A DNA stretch of 64,000 nt from an uncultured Gammaproteobacteria bacterium (GTDB lineage Bacteria > Patescibacteriota > Patescibacteriia > Veblenbacterales > UBA10138), in assembly GCA_964453605.1 (NCBI GenBank), contig CAYVOI010000001.1, positions 548,095 to 612,094 on the forward strand, read 5' to 3'. The notes beneath the pieces were generated by a model. It was not told the DNA's origin, ran no database searches, and was given only the letters and a program-made list of their open reading frames with translations. The translations under genes were made by a program, and so were the position numbers. Shown in pieces: positions 26,779 to 37,357 of this stretch. Numbering within the stretch: position 1 is the stretch's first letter; the number at the start of each line of letters is the position of its first letter.

Positions 26779-29700
26779 CTAGTGGGCTTGGTGATTGCCC
26801 TTATCAAGGTTCTTGGCCGACACCCGAAGTACAACTGTGGAACCAACTTTGATTTCGTAGCTGGCGGTATCTTTCGTACCAGGTTCACCAAAATCGGTGA
26901 AGACAAAGCTAATGGTAGCACCTGGAACGCCATTGTAACTGCCAACCCCAGTTGCGGTGTAGGTATTGAAACCATTAGCCGTACTCTTTGGTGGCGCGGG
27001 GTTACCGGTCTTAGTGCAGGTAACTGAAGTTAAGCTATCGAGGTGGAACCGCTGAGCGTTACCCGTTTTATCGTTCCAATTAATCTCCAGGTTGTTCGGG
27101 TTCTGGGTCAAATCGCAGTGTAGCTCAAACCCATGGGTAACCCGTACACCCCCGAGCGGCAGGTCAGTTCCGGTTTTGGCAGTGAATATGCTGCCACCAC
27201 CAGTCATCCGCCGAGCAATGATTTTAACGGTAATAGAGCCGGCCTCGCTGGTTACGCCGTTGGCTGGGGTGATGTCAGTGCCGAACGAGTCGGTGCCGTG
27301 ACCAGCTACGTTGAAGGTGGTGTCGGTGCTGATTACCACCGTACAGGTCCAAGTCCAGGTCTCACCTACGTCCATGATACCGTTACCGTTGGTATCACCA
27401 CTCTGGTAGGCGCAAATGCCAGCTGGAGTGCTCGACGTTTTGGTCATGGTTTCGGTGTGGGCGCCGTAGGTCAGTACGACCGAAGGGTTAGTGAGTGGTA
27501 CCTGACCGTCGTTGGTGTCGGTAATGGTCAGGGTAACGTTCTCGCCAGGCGCAACTTCTTGCGGGTTAGAAGTTATCGAGATGGTGGTGTGTGGCTTCTT
27601 CAGAGCGTTGGTAATGGTCTTCGAAGCCGTTTGATTGGCAACCACAGTTACCCCGCCGCTACCGCTGACAGACCAGGCAATGCCTGGGTTAGCTTCAGTA
27701 ACCGTGTAGGTCCCAGGGATTAGCGGGCTCAGGTGGATGGTGGTAGGAGCTTGCAGCACACCATCAACCACGGTGAAGGTAATATTGTGACCCGAGGGGT
27801 ACGAAGGACCAGTGACCGTTATGGTGAAGGTTTGGTCAACATTCACCAAACCCGCGCTGGGGTACTGGCTTACATCCACGGCCTTGGTAACATCGAGTGC
27901 GCCAGCCACATAGAGCTTGTTAGCATTCGCACTGTCGCCCGACAGGCTGTCACCCGAGGCGCGGGTCAGGCTGACGCCGCCCACTGAGAAGGTGGTAGTA
28001 GCGTGAATGTCTACACTACCCGGAGTCGAGGAATTTATCTGCACCGAGCAGGAACCGCCCGTAGTGGTGCAGGTGTTGCTACCGCTGGTGGGGATGAAGT
28101 CAGCACCGGCGGTGTTGTTGAGCAAGGTGAAGGTTACCAAGGTACCGTTCGGAGCCGGCACCCAGCCGCTACCCGCGTTCTGCGACACCGTAGCAGTAAT
28201 GGTGTGGGGGCTGCCGATGTTGTTGGTGGCGGTCAACGGTGAGAGGACTATCTTGGCGTCCACGTAGGTCTTAGTCGCTGGGCCACTGTTGCCAGCCGTA
28301 CCGTTAGTTTGCAGCTTGAAGGTTACGCCGTTCACCACTACCTGTGAACGAGCGGTAACCGTGAACACACCGGCAGTTGAGGAGTTCAGGGTAACGCTGC
28401 ACTGCCCCGCGGCATTCACGCCGTCGGTACAATCAGACGCGTCGAAGCTGGTTGGTGTGGGGCTCACTATGGCGTTCGCCAAGGTGCCAGCGGGCACGGG
28501 GCCGAAGCCGCTCCCGGTGTCCTGCTCAACCGTTACCGTAAAGGTGTGCTGGTGGCCAACTTCGTTGGTAGCAGAGCCTGGGGTAATGGAGATGCGGGCG
28601 TTTACGTACGTTTTTTGTGCAGCAGCGCTGTCACCCGACAAACCGTCGCCTGTCGCGCGGGTCAGGCTGACGCCGCCCACCGAGAAGGTGGTAGTAGCAT
28701 CAACCGTGTTGCTGCCAGTACTGGTTGACGTGATGGTGATAGAACACAGGCCACTGGCATTGGTAACGCATGAGCTTGGCCCCACAAACGTGGCTGAGCC
28801 TGACGTAATGGAGAAGTTCACGGTTACGCCCGCGGCGTCAGTTACGCCGCTACCGTCGTTCTTGGTAACATGGGCCGTAATAACGTGGTTCTGCCCCACG
28901 GCGTTGGTCGCGGTCAGAGGCGACAGGGTTATGGAGGCATCCGCCCAGGTCTTGTGCGTATCACCGCTATCACCCGACAGGCCATCGCCAGTCGCTCGGG
29001 TAATAGAGACACCGCTCACGGTAATGGTGGTTGAGGCGTGCACTGTGCCAGTGCCAGCCGAAGTCGAATGGACAATGATAGTACACTGACCGTTAACATC
29101 CGTGGTGCCCGAGGTGCAGGTGCCACCAGAAATAGAGCCCGTACCAGTGATACCACTACTGACGGTTTCGCCCGCAGCCGCCACCAAGCCCGCACCATCA
29201 CCCAAATCTTTCTTAACGGTTACGGTAAAGGTGTGGTCGTGACCAACTTCGTTAGTACTATCACCAGTGATACTAATCTTGGCATCCACCCAGGTTTTGG
29301 TTGGCTTAGCGCTGTCGCCCGACAAACCGTCACCCAAAGCACGGGTGATAGATACACCACCCACCGATACCGTGGTCGAAGCGCTCACCGTACCCACGCC
29401 GGCGGTAGCTGAGTTTACGATAATCGTACACTGGCCGCTGGCATTGGTGGTACCCGTCTGACAGGTGCCCGTACCGGTGAGTGAGCCCGTACCGGTGATA
29501 CCGGGCGTCACGGTAGCGCCCGACACTGGGCCAAAGGTGCCGGTGCCGGGGTCGGAATTCACAGTTACCGTAAAGGTGTGAGGGTTACCGACTTCGTTGG
29601 TCGAGCTCTGATCGACGAGGATCTGCAGGTCGACGTAGGTCTTTTGTGCATCAACGCTGTCACCTGACAAGCCGTCACCGGTGGCGCGGGTCAGGCTGAC

Positions 29701-32700
29701 GCCGCCCACCGAGAAGGTGGTAGTAGCGTGGATGGTGTTAGCACCAGTGCCAGCGGCATTGATTTGCACCGTGCACTGTCCGCTGGCGTTGGTGACGCAG
29801 GTATTAACACCACCGACAAAGGTAGCGGTACCCGAAGTTACCGAGAAGGTAACGGTTACACCATTCGCGGGCACTGAGCCCGTACCTGGATTCTTAGTGA
29901 CCGTGGCAGTAATGGTGTGGGACTGGTTAACGGCGTTGGTGGCTTGGCCAGGGGTAATTTGAATGTTGGCGTCGACCCACGTCTTGGTAGCCGGGCCGCT
30001 GTTGCCGCTCAGGCCGTTGGTAGTGCGCGACATGGACACGCCGCCTACCGTAACGCTGGTAGAAGCGTTCACCACTGTTACACCAGCTACAGCCGAGTTC
30101 AGGTCAACGGTGCAGGAACCAGAGCCTGCGGCGGTTACACAGCTCGGGGCCGAAAGGCTACCTGGGCCTGAGGCAATAGAGAAGTTGATGGTGGTGCCAT
30201 CGGCGGCATTGGCCCAGCCCGAACCGTTGTTCACATCCACGTGACCGGTGAAGGTGTGAGCGTGGTTAACTTCGTTCGTGGCGTCCTGAGCAATAGAGAT
30301 CTTGGCGTCCACGTAGGTCTTGGTAGCGGGGCCGCTGTTCGGCGCACTGCCGTTGGTTTGCAGCTTAAAGGTAACGCCACCGACTATAATGGTTGAACGG
30401 GCGGTAATGGTGAAGACGCCGGCTGAGCTTGAGTTGATTGTTACCGTACACTCACCATTCACATCGGTGCCAGCGTTACAGTCGCTAACATTGAGACTCG
30501 CGGCCGGGCTTACGATGGCGTTCGCAATGGCGCCGTTTACTGGCTGGAAGCCAGAGCCATCGCCGTTGTCGGCCTCAACTTTCACGGTGTAATCGTGCGG
30601 CTTGCCAACCTCGTTAGTGGCGCTCGGCGGGTTGATGCTAATGCGTGCGTTCACCCACGTCTTGGTGGCCTGGGCGCTGTCGCCCGAGAGATTATCGCCC
30701 AAAGCTCGGGTAACCGACACGCCGCCCATGGTAACCGTGGTGGTAGCGCTCACCGTGCCAACGCCAGTCGTGGCTGAGTTTACAATAATGGTGCACTGGC
30801 CGGAAACGTCGGTAGTGCCAGTTTCACACGTACCAGCGCCCGTGAGCGAACCAGCGCCCGTGATACCTGGGGTAACGGTCTCACCAGCTGCGGCTACCCA
30901 GCCTGTGCCGGGGTTCTTCATCACGGTAACCGTAAAGGTGTGGCTATTACCAACCGCGTTGGTGCTATTCTGGTCAATGGATATCTTCGCATCTACGTAC
31001 GTCTTGGTGGCAGGGCCGCTGTTGTCGCCCTGGCCGTTGGTCTGGAGCTTGAACTGTACGCCGCTCACCACTACGGTGGAGCGAGCAATAATGGTGAACA
31101 CGCCAGCTGAGCTGGAGTTTACCACCACGTCACACTGGCCGTTTACATCCGTACCGGCGTTACAGTCGCTAACGTTTAGGCTAGTGGCGGGAGTTACCAC
31201 GGCGTTAGCAATGGCGCCCTGAATCGGCGTCCAGCCGCTGCCGGTGTCCTGCTCAACCGTTACGGTAAAGGTGTGGGACTGACCGACTTCGTTGGTGGAA
31301 GCCTGCGGAGCAATACTAATGCGCGCATTGACCACGCCAAAGGGTTCGCAATCGGAATCATCCCCAAGGTAGTTGCTGTTGCCAGCTACGCTCGCACGGT
31401 AGGCGTACGAGCCAGTAGTAAGCGGCGAGCTGTCGGCCGACTTAGCTGCCGAACCTTCTGTACCGTTGTTCGCCACCGATGCGCCTTGAGAACAGCTGTC
31501 GCTGTAGGCGCTGGTCAGGGTGAAGGAAGGAGTGGGTACGGTGAACCCTGCCACGCCGCCGGTTACGGTAGCGGTGTCGTGGGTTACTGAGCCAACCGCC
31601 ACGCTGGTGCCGGTAATATCCTGGTGGGCGGCGTTGTGTACATTCGTAGTTACCGTGAGTTGCGCCTTGTTCACCGTGAACAGCTCACAAGCACCGGTAG
31701 CGCCCAGGTAGTTTTCGTTACCTGCTACCTCGCCGCGGTAGGCGTACGTGCCAGCGCCGAGCGCGGCACTGTCGGCCGACTTAGCTGCACTGCCTTCCGT
31801 ACCATTGTTCGCTACCGCCGCACCTTGGGAACAGGTCTCAGTGTAGTTGCTGGTCAAGGTGAAGGTAGGAGTCGGCACCGGGAAGCCTGCTACGCCGCCG
31901 GTTACGGTGGCGGTGTCGTGCATTATCGAACCCAGCGGCACGCTCGCGTTCGTCTTGTCAGCGTGCGCAGCGTCGTGAACAATCGTTGAAACACTGAGCT
32001 GCGCCTTGTTTACCGTCAAAGGTTCGCAAGGAGCGGTTGAACTGTTGTAGTTGGCATCACCAGCGTACACAGCCTTGAACGAGTACTGGCCAGCCCCCAG
32101 CGGCCCTTCCGAGCTCGAGGGGTGAGCAATGCCCGAGGCGTCAACTGCCACTACACCAGCGCCGCTCCCCTGCCCTTCACAGGTGTTACCCGTGTAGAAG
32201 CTAAAGGTTACGTTGCCAGTTGGGATAATTGAACCAACCTGGCCGGTGAGTGTGGCCTTGTCGTGCACCGTGGTGCCAAGGTCTACCGAGGTCACTACGG
32301 CGTGGGTGGCATCGTGAATGTCGGTCGCAAGCTGGGTGTTAGCCTTGTTCACGTGCACGGTTTCACAAGCCGCCGTTGAGCCGTTGTAGTTACTGTCGCC
32401 CGAGTAGCTGGTGAGGAACGAGTAGTCGCCAGCCGCCAGGTTGTTGTGCGAGCTCGACTCGTTGCCCAGAGCCACGGTTTCGTCCGCGTGGGTGCCGGTA
32501 CAGTTGTTGCTGCTGTAGAACTTGTAGGTCAAGGTACCCGTGGGAGCGATGCTACCAACCTGGCCTGTAACGTCGGCCTTGTCGTGAATAGAAGAGTTGA
32601 GCGCGATGGAAGTACCCTGCACGTCAGCGGTGTGGTTGCTGCCCAGGTGAATGGCGGTAGAGGCTTGCGTGTCAGCCTTGCTTACCGTGAAGTGTTCACA

Positions 32701-35700
32701 CTCGCTAGTGCTGCCGGTGTAGTTGCTGTCGCCAGCCCAAGAAGCCTGGAAGGCGTGCGCGCCAGCCTGCAGCGCTGGGCTCGACTGCGAGGGGTGAGCT
32801 ACACCGGGGTTAGCGCCATTGAGGGCTATTGGGCTGCTGGAAACCGGTGTACCCGTACAGGTGTCGTTATTGTAGAAGTTAAAGGTGACGTTGCCAGTGG
32901 GGGCAAAACCGTCGCTCACCGTAACCATGGCTTTGTCGTGCATCACGGTACCAAGCGCTACTGCGTCGTTAACATTTACCACTGTTTCGTCAGCCTTGTG
33001 GAGCTCGGTGTTCACGCTGGAAGTGCCCTGGTTTACCGTAAGTGGCTCGCACGAGCTGGTGGAACCTAGGTAGTTGGCGTCGCCAGCCACGCTCGCCTGG
33101 AAGTTATAGCTGCCAGGGGCAAGCGCGCTGGTGTCAACCGAGCGCGGGCCGCCCGTGCCAGTGTCAGCACTGCCGGAAGTAGCAATAGCGCCCTGGCCGC
33201 AGGTAGCGCCAAAGGTGAAGGTTACCGCACCAGTTGGCGTAAAGCCGCCCACCTGGCCAGTAATGCTCGCCGTGTCGTGGACAATGGAGCCCACGGGCAC
33301 GCTCGTCACGCTGCCGTGGTTGGCGTTGTGAATGTCAGTAGAAATTTGGAGCTGAGCCTTATTCACGGTGAACGGTTCACAAGCGCCGGTGGCACCGTCG
33401 TAGTTACTGTCGCTCGCAACTTGCGCACGGTAGGCGTAAGCACCAGCACCAAGCGCAGCACTGTCAGCCGACTTAGTAGCCGAGCCTTCGGTGCCGTTGT
33501 TGGCAACCGCGCTACCTGCAGCGCAAGTGCCGGTGTAGCCGGAGGTCAGGGTAAAGCTTACAGCCGGAACTGGGAAGCCAGCTACACCGCCGGTTACGGT
33601 AGCGGTGTCGTGCATAATTGAACCCAAGGGGACGCTTCCGTTGGTCTTATCGGCATGGGAGGCGTCGTGAACGTTGGTAGTAATGCCGAGCTGAGCCTTG
33701 TTCACGTGGACCGTTTCACAAGCACCAACCGAGGAGTTGTAGGTGTTGTCACCTGAGTAGCTGGCCTTGAACGAGTAGTCCCCGGCGCCCAGAGGGCCCT
33801 GGGCAAAGCCAGTCGCGTCAACCACGCCACTAGTGAGTGCCAGCGCGCTTGAAGTAGCGGCAACGGTGTTGGCGCATGTACCGTTGGTCCAGTACTGGAA
33901 GGTTACCGTACCAGTTGGTGTGCCAGCGCTGCCCGTGACTGTGGCCTGGTCATGAATGGTGGAGCCCAGGGCAATGTTAGTACCCTGAACGTCAGTCGAG
34001 TGGTTGCTGCCGTTGTGAATAGCAGTAGTGGTAGTGGAGTTTACCTTGCTGATGGTAACCGGCTCAGCCGAGCAGCCTGAGGATGCTGGGTTGTTGTTGG
34101 CGTCGCCAGCGTAGTCAGCAGTCCAGTGCCAGGTACCAGAAACGTTAGCAGCAAAACCACCGGTAGTAGCGTACGGAGCGCTGGCGTCAACATCGGTGTA
34201 CGAAGCAGCACCCGAGCACGTAGCGTCGGCGGGTGGGAACAGCTTAAAGGTTACGCTGCCGGTGGGGTTAAACCCGCCCGAGAGCGTAGCAGTGTCGTTC
34301 AAAGTTGCACCCACGTTCCCGCTCGCCGGGTTAGGCGTGGTAGAAATGGTGGGTGAAGCCTTAGTCGTAGTAACCGTTTCAGCCGCACAGGGGCTGGTTA
34401 CCGTATTATTATTGCTGTCGCCGTTGTACGTAGCTATCCAGTGGTAGGTGCCAACGGCGTTGGTGGCAAAGCTGCCTGAGGTAGCCGAGCCAGCGGAGAG
34501 CGCGTTGGTGCTGGTAAATACCGCGGCCGAAGCACAGGTAGCATCCGCTACTCCGTAGAGGTTAAACGTTACCGTGCCCGTGGGGTTAAACCCGCCAGTT
34601 ACGCTCGCGTTGTCGCTTACCGAAACACCCACTACTCCACCAGCCGAGGGCGTGGTGTTAATGCTTGGAGTAACTTTGGTAACAGCCAAAGGCTCACAAA
34701 CGCCATCGCCAGCAACGTAGGTGCCATCGCCATTGTAATGTGCCTTGAACGAGTAGCTACCTACGGCTAAAGGCCCTTGGGGGAACCCGGTTGCATCTGC
34801 TGCACCGCTCGAGAGGGTAACGGGGCTTGACGTAGCTGCCGCCGGGGCCGTGCAGGTACCGTTAGTAAACCAACTGAATACAACGGTACCAGTTGGGGTA
34901 CCAGAACTACCAGTAACTGTTACTGAATCGTGCACCGTGGTGCCAGCCGGAACCGAGGTCACTACAACGTGCGAAGCGTTGTGAATGGCCGTGTTTACCG
35001 TAGGCGTGACCGAGATCACCGTGAACGGTTCACAAATGCCAGTAGCGTTGGTTACGCTTGAACCACCACTAATAAAATCAGCCTTGTAAGAGTAGCTGCC
35101 TACGCCAGGCGTGAACGTGGCGGATTCAGCTGTACCAGTTTGGGCACCGCTTGGCACAGCAACACCAGTTTGATCAGTTGGTGTGCCAGTACAGTCTATG
35201 GTCGTGTAGCGGTGGAAGGTAAAGGTACTGCCCGAAGGAATAGTAGTCGAGGCCGAACCAGTATCAACTGTGGCGTTGTCGTGAACAACTGTGCCACTAG
35301 CCACGGTTGTGTTGGTGATGTCGACGTGGCTCGCGTTATGTACGTGGGTTGTTACGGTCGGAGTTACTGGAGGAATAAACACTGCCCCAGCCGCCATCTG
35401 GTTGTCGAGGCTTCCACCAGATCCGTCAAACGTGTTCAAGTAAAAGTGGTACGGGCTTCCACTGACGCCAGTCGCACCTTTTCCGGCTCCCCAGCTGCGG
35501 CCGGTGCCATCGCCACCCAGGGCAATGTCTGCAGCAGCGCGCATCAAGGCGGCTGTACCATTCGACGTCCAAGTTAGGTTGTACCAAAGGTAGGTGTCAC
35601 CTGTGTCGGCACCGTTAGACACTGTGGTACAAGAAGCGCCCGTCTTATTACCACAGTGACCTTCGAGTGTGAGGGTAACGGCCGTTATTGCCGCGTCGGA

Positions 35701-36900
35701 GTACAGGTCAATGGTGCGGTTGCCAAAATGAACCTCATAAGCCGTTATCCTAGTTTGCGTGCTGCCATCCTGACTTACAAACGCATCATCTGGTACGGAC
35801 GGTGATACGTGGTTGGAGCCAGTCTGTGAGTTGAGTGAAGCGCAGGTTGCGTTGTTAGGGCCCGTTCCACCGGTACATGGGTTTAAAGTCGTCGTTATAC
35901 CATCTTCGGCAGCAGCTTGAATAGCTTGTGCGTCAGAAACAATCCAGTCATATGCGTGGTTTCCACCTTTCGTAGTTTGGACACCAAAGCGCAATATGTG
36001 CGTCCCTGCCCCCAAGCCAGTGATCACCACCTCTTGGTGGGTGGCCATGCCTTCGAACAGAGAATTATGAGCCGCCGTCAGGTTTCCGCTTGTCCAACCA
36101 CAGTTACCTAAGGTTCCCGTCTTATTATTTTCACACTGGTTCCACATTACAACACTGGAGTCTGTAAATGTGGTTTGGGCCAGTATAGCTCCGCCCTGGG
36201 AGTCAGAAGCGGTCACCATGTAGTTGGGGCGGTACACACCATCGAGCTGGTACTGGTAGCTAAAGTCACCATTAGCATCAGAGGTTACCGTATCAGTATG
36301 CGTTACCTGGCTTGAGCCATCGGGGAAGCCACCGACAATTTTCAAAACAAAACTCGTGAACGACTGAAAGAACTTACCAAAAATGGTCACCAAGTCGGTT
36401 GGCGCGTAGTCAGGCTTGTCGGTTGAAAGCTGCGGGGCGGGCGCTGGAGTAGTATCGGCCGCAGGAGTTGCCGCTGTGGTGTCTGTGGTTACCGTCGTAT
36501 CGGCAGTTGCAGAAACATCGCTCGAGGTTGCAGCTACATCACCCACCGTCGGCGTGCCCGCGGCGCTGCTGGTGTCAGTGGTTACTGCCGGAGCGTCAGT
36601 GGAAGTGGACGAGGTGTCAGCCGGAGCAGCTGCCGTGTCCACGGTTGGGGTGGACGAGCTGGTGTCGGTGGTAACAGTATCAGCTGGCGTGGTGACAGCG
36701 GCACTCGACGTGTCAGGTGCAGCCGTGCTGTCGGACGGCGTGCTGCTAGAAGTGTCAGTGGTCGTCTGCACTACAGCTGGCGCGTCGGGCGCAGCCGCTG
36801 CTGTATCAGCCAACACTGGTCCAGCCACGTAGAGCAGCTGGGTAGCGACAACAACACCAGTAAACCAGGTGCGCACCGCTCTTGAGGGTGTGTAAGACAT
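26779..36900 (-). CDS. Giant (3373 aa) secreted adhesin-like protein. It comprises a signal peptide, an S/T/A/D-rich low-complexity region, a globular N-domain, about 13 type-A and about 11-12 type-B tandem Ig-like (Big/invasin-like) ~100-aa domains, and a C-terminal DUF11-like/Cys-containing domain.
   Basis: Type-A repeats end in G.CEPFTVNKAQL.V.T and contain a VHDA.H....T.V.LGS.MHDTATVTG core. Type-B repeats begin KTYVDAKISI...TNEVG..HTFTVTV and end ...GGVS.TRA.GD.LSGDS. No LPXTG or PG-binding anchor is seen. Confidence 0.8.
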   Translation of the reverse strand: MSYTPSRAVRTWFTGVVVATQLLYVAGPVLADTAAAAPDAPAVVQTTTDTSSSTPSDSTAAPDTSSAAVTTPADTVTTDTSSSTPTVDTAAAPADTSSTSTDAPAVTTDTSSAAGTPTVGDVAATSSDVSATADTTVTTDTTAATPAADTTPAPAPQLSTDKPDYAPTDLVTIFGKFFQSFTSFVLKIVGGFPDGSSQVTHTDTVTSDANGDFSYQYQLDGVYRPNYMVTASDSQGGAILAQTTFTDSSVVMWNQCENNKTGTLGNCGWTSGNLTAAHNSLFEGMATHQEVVITGLGAGTHILRFGVQTTKGGNHAYDWIVSDAQAIQAAAEDGITTTLNPCTGGTGPNNATCASLNSQTGSNHVSPSVPDDAFVSQDGSTQTRITAYEVHFGNRTIDLYSDAAITAVTLTLEGHCGNKTGASCTTVSNGADTGDTYLWYNLTWTSNGTAALMRAAADIALGGDGTGRSWGAGKGATGVSGSPYHFYLNTFDGSGGSLDNQMAAGAVFIPPVTPTVTTHVHNASHVDITNTTVASGTVVHDNATVDTGSASTTIPSGSTFTFHRYTTIDCTGTPTDQTGVAVPSGAQTGTAESATFTPGVGSYSYKADFISGGSSVTNATGICEPFTVISVTPTVNTAIHNASHVVVTSVPAGTTVHDSVTVTGSSGTPTGTVVFSWFTNGTCTAPAAATSSPVTLSSGAADATGFPQGPLAVGSYSFKAHYNGDGTYVAGDGVCEPLAVTKVTPSINTTPSAGGVVGVSVSDNASVTGGFNPTGTVTFNLYGVADATCASAAVFTSTNALSAGSATSGSFATNAVGTYHWIATYNGDSNNNTVTSPCAAETVTTTKASPTISTTPNPASGNVGATLNDTATLSGGFNPTGSVTFKLFPPADATCSGAASYTDVDASAPYATTGGFAANVSGTWHWTADYAGDANNNPASSGCSAEPVTISKVNSTTTTAIHNGSNHSTDVQGTNIALGSTIHDQATVTGSAGTPTGTVTFQYWTNGTCANTVAATSSALALTSGVVDATGFAQGPLGAGDYSFKASYSGDNTYNSSVGACETVHVNKAQLGITTNVHDASHADKTNGSVPLGSIMHDTATVTGGVAGFPVPAVSFTLTSGYTGTCAAGSAVANNGTEGSATKSADSAALGAGAYAYRAQVASDSNYDGATGACEPFTVNKAQLQISTDIHNANHGSVTSVPVGSIVHDTASITGQVGGFTPTGAVTFTFGATCGQGAIATSGSADTGTGGPRSVDTSALAPGSYNFQASVAGDANYLGSTSSCEPLTVNQGTSSVNTELHKADETVVNVNDAVALGTVMHDKAMVTVSDGFAPTGNVTFNFYNNDTCTGTPVSSSPIALNGANPGVAHPSQSSPALQAGAHAFQASWAGDSNYTGSTSECEHFTVSKADTQASTAIHLGSNHTADVQGTSIALNSSIHDKADVTGQVGSIAPTGTLTYKFYSSNNCTGTHADETVALGNESSSHNNLAAGDYSFLTSYSGDSNYNGSTAACETVHVNKANTQLATDIHDATHAVVTSVDLGTTVHDKATLTGQVGSIIPTGNVTFSFYTGNTCEGQGSGAGVVAVDASGIAHPSSSEGPLGAGQYSFKAVYAGDANYNSSTAPCEPLTVNKAQLSVSTIVHDAAHADKTNASVPLGSIMHDTATVTGGVAGFPVPTPTFTLTSNYTETCSQGAAVANNGTEGSAAKSADSAALGAGTYAYRGEVAGNENYLGATGACELFTVNKAQLTVTTNVHNAAHQDITGTSVAVGSVTHDTATVTGGVAGFTVPTPSFTLTSAYSDSCSQGASVANNGTEGSAAKSADSSPLTTGSYAYRASVAGNSNYLGDDSDCEPFGVVNARISIAPQASTNEVGQSHTFTVTVEQDTGSGWTPIQGAIANAVVTPATSLNVSDCNAGTDVNGQCDVVVNSSSAGVFTIIARSTVVVSGVQFKLQTNGQGDNSGPATKTYVDAKISIDQNSTNAVGNSHTFTVTVMKNPGTGWVAAAGETVTPGITGAGSLTGAGTCETGTTDVSGQCTIIVNSATTGVGTVSATTTVTMGGVSVTRALGDNLSGDSAQATKTWVNARISINPPSATNEVGKPHDYTVKVEADNGDGSGFQPVNGAIANAIVSPAASLNVSDCNAGTDVNGECTVTINSSSAGVFTITARSTIIVGGVTFKLQTNGSAPNSGPATKTYVDAKISIAQDATNEVNHAHTFTGHVDVNNGSGWANAADGTTINFSIASGPGSLSAPSCVTAAGSGSCTVDLNSAVAGVTVVNASTSVTVGGVSMSRTTNGLSGNSGPATKTWVDANIQITPGQATNAVNQSHTITATVTKNPGTGSVPANGVTVTFSVTSGTATFVGGVNTCVTNASGQCTVQINAAGTGANTIHATTTFSVGGVSLTRATGDGLSGDSVDAQKTYVDLQILVDQSSTNEVGNPHTFTVTVNSDPGTGTFGPVSGATVTPGITGTGSLTGTGTCQTGTTNASGQCTIIVNSATAGVGTVSASTTVSVGGVSITRALGDGLSGDSAKPTKTWVDAKISITGDSTNEVGHDHTFTVTVKKDLGDGAGLVAAAGETVSSGITGTGSISGGTCTSGTTDVNGQCTIIVHSTSAGTGTVHASTTITVSGVSITRATGDGLSGDSGDTHKTWADASITLSPLTATNAVGQNHVITAHVTKNDGSGVTDAAGVTVNFSITSGSATFVGPSSCVTNASGLCSITITSTSTGSNTVDATTTFSVGGVSLTRATGDGLSGDSAAAQKTYVNARISITPGSATNEVGHQHTFTVTVEQDTGSGFGPVPAGTLANAIVSPTPTSFDASDCTDGVNAAGQCSVTLNSSTAGVFTVTARSQVVVNGVTFKLQTNGTAGNSGPATKTYVDAKIVLSPLTATNNIGSPHTITATVSQNAGSGWVPAPNGTLVTFTLLNNTAGADFIPTSGSNTCTTTGGSCSVQINSSTPGSVDIHATTTFSVGGVSLTRASGDSLSGDSANANKLYVAGALDVTKAVDVSQYPSAGLVNVDQTFTITVTGPSYPSGHNITFTVVDGVLQAPTTIHLSPLIPGTYTVTEANPGIAWSVSGSGGVTVVANQTASKTITNALKKPHTTISITSNPQEVAPGENVTLTITDTNDGQVPLTNPSVVLTYGAHTETMTKTSSTPAGICAYQSGDTNGNGIMDVGETWTWTCTVVISTDTTFNVAGHGTDSFGTDITPANGVTSEAGSITVKIIARRMTGGGSIFTAKTGTDLPLGGVRVTHGFELHCDLTQNPNNLEINWNDKTGNAQRFHLDSLTSVTCTKTGNPAPPKSTANGFNTYTATGVGSYNGVPGATISFVFTDFGEPGTKDTASYEIKVGSTVVLRVSAKNLDKGNHQAH
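27940..29730. repeat. Intragenic near-identical DNA repeats (~60-70 nt cores recurring at ~0.7-1.0 kb spacing) within the type-B domain array of the 3373-aa gene.
   Basis: gcgcgggtcaggctgacgccgcccac(c/t)gagaaggtggtagtagc recurs near 27960, 28650 and 29680. Accordingly the spurious + strand ORFs there share ...AGQADAAH... peptides. Confidence 0.6.
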
Positions 36901-37357
36901 AAACCTTTCGGTTAGAGTATAGATAAAGCTAAATTACTTTGGCTATTAATAAAGACGCTTCCCTAATTAAGGAAGCATGAAGAACAATAAAGCCAGACCC
37001 ACGGGGTGGGTAGTATGCGCACAACCTGGACATGTAGCGCCGTGTATAACCATTTCTTGCCTATATGGTTAGGGTTTAACCAAATAAATGTATTCCGTAA
37101 CCCCTCCAGGTCTGTACAAAATACCACCTATTCTTACCAGAAGTAAAGTTTTTGTCAATAGCACTTTTCAACAGCCTACAGCCCAACTGAATACCAAAGT
37201 TATTCAGTGCCTAAAAAACTCAAGCAGACAGGGGTACATAGTACAGACCCAAAAACTGCTTGACTTCTGCCTCTACTGCCTGGGTGGACCCTACCCTACT
37301 GCTTGGGTATAGGCTACTATAGAGGGCAGGTAACCTTAACACCTAACCCAAAAGCCT

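Noticed and set aside
26706-26975. 89-aa ORF overlapping the 3' end of the 3373-aa gene.
   Set aside because: It overlaps the stop and terminator region of the giant gene in another frame, and has no support.
27092-36832. Dozens of 60-270-aa plus-strand ORFs (for example 28289..29089 and 30602..31222) opposite the 3373-aa gene.
   Set aside because: These are antisense to a high-GC, repeat-rich coding region. Their recurring peptides (AGQADAAH and others) mirror the DNA repeats of the real minus-strand gene. They are not independent genes.
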